The translations under genes and the position numbers were made by a program. From Piromyces finnis finn (lineage: Eukaryota > Fungi > Neocallimastigomycota), in the NCBI GenBank assembly GCA_002104945.1, contig MCFH01000029.1, forward strand, positions 1 to 64,000: 64,000 nt of DNA. Direction: 5' to 3'. The stretch's first letter is position 1. Each line of letters starts with the position of its first letter. Below, piece by piece: positions 63,506-64,000 of this stretch. A model generated the notes under the pieces. It worked only from the letters and a program-made list of their open reading frames with translations, searched no databases and was not told the origin of the DNA.

Positions 63506-64000
63506 TATAATTTAAAATTAATTTTTTTTATTAGGAAAAATTTCACATTTAAAAAAAGCTATGTTACACAGAAACAAATTATAATATAATTTTTTTTAAA
63601 AATAATATAAATGAAATGAAAATTAGTTTCAAAGAAATCAAAAGTTGTAATTTAAAAAGGTAATTATAATATTTTATTTTGAAATGAAAAGATTAATTAG
63701 TATATATATTTAAGGAGTTATATATAAAATATTTAGACTTTATATGTTTGTTTCTTTTTTTATATTTACAATTCCATTTAAATTTTAAATTAATATACAA
63801 TTTTTAGAAAAAAGTTTGAATTATTAATTTGAAATTTCAAATTATAATGAATATATTTTTATTACATTATATATAATTATTTTTATTTTATTTTTGTATT
63901 GCTATTTTTATCCACTTTTTATTTCAACTAATATATTAGTGTTAGGTTTAAAATAGAATATATATTGTATATTTCATCTTTAATTTTAAGATTTTTTATT

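Overview
Extremely AT-rich eukaryotic genomic window. It is most likely from an anaerobic gut fungus (Neocallimastigomycota), inferred from base composition, a GTP-type PEPCK and Asn-rich ORFs. About 60% is retrotransposon DNA in two clusters. Cluster 1 (1163-22576) is a nest of Ty3/Gypsy elements and solo LTRs. Four of them are stacked on one repeated 4-bp TAAA target, 10 bp upstream of a tRNA-Thr(CGT) gene. A full-length element sits at almost the same distance from a cryptic Pol III A/B-box unit that is carried inside another LTR. All three gag genes share a -1 frameshift cassette. Cluster 2 (35986-54087) is a head-to-tail stack of single-ORF APE-RT LINEs from two divergent families. They share a ~170-bp structured 5' module, and two copies inserted inside that module. 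Host genes: a large multi-exon membrane protein (TmcB-like), a single-exon 7TM protein, an intronless GTP-dependent PEPCK and a probable small spliced gene. All boundaries were read by eye; no alignments, folding programs or database searches were run.
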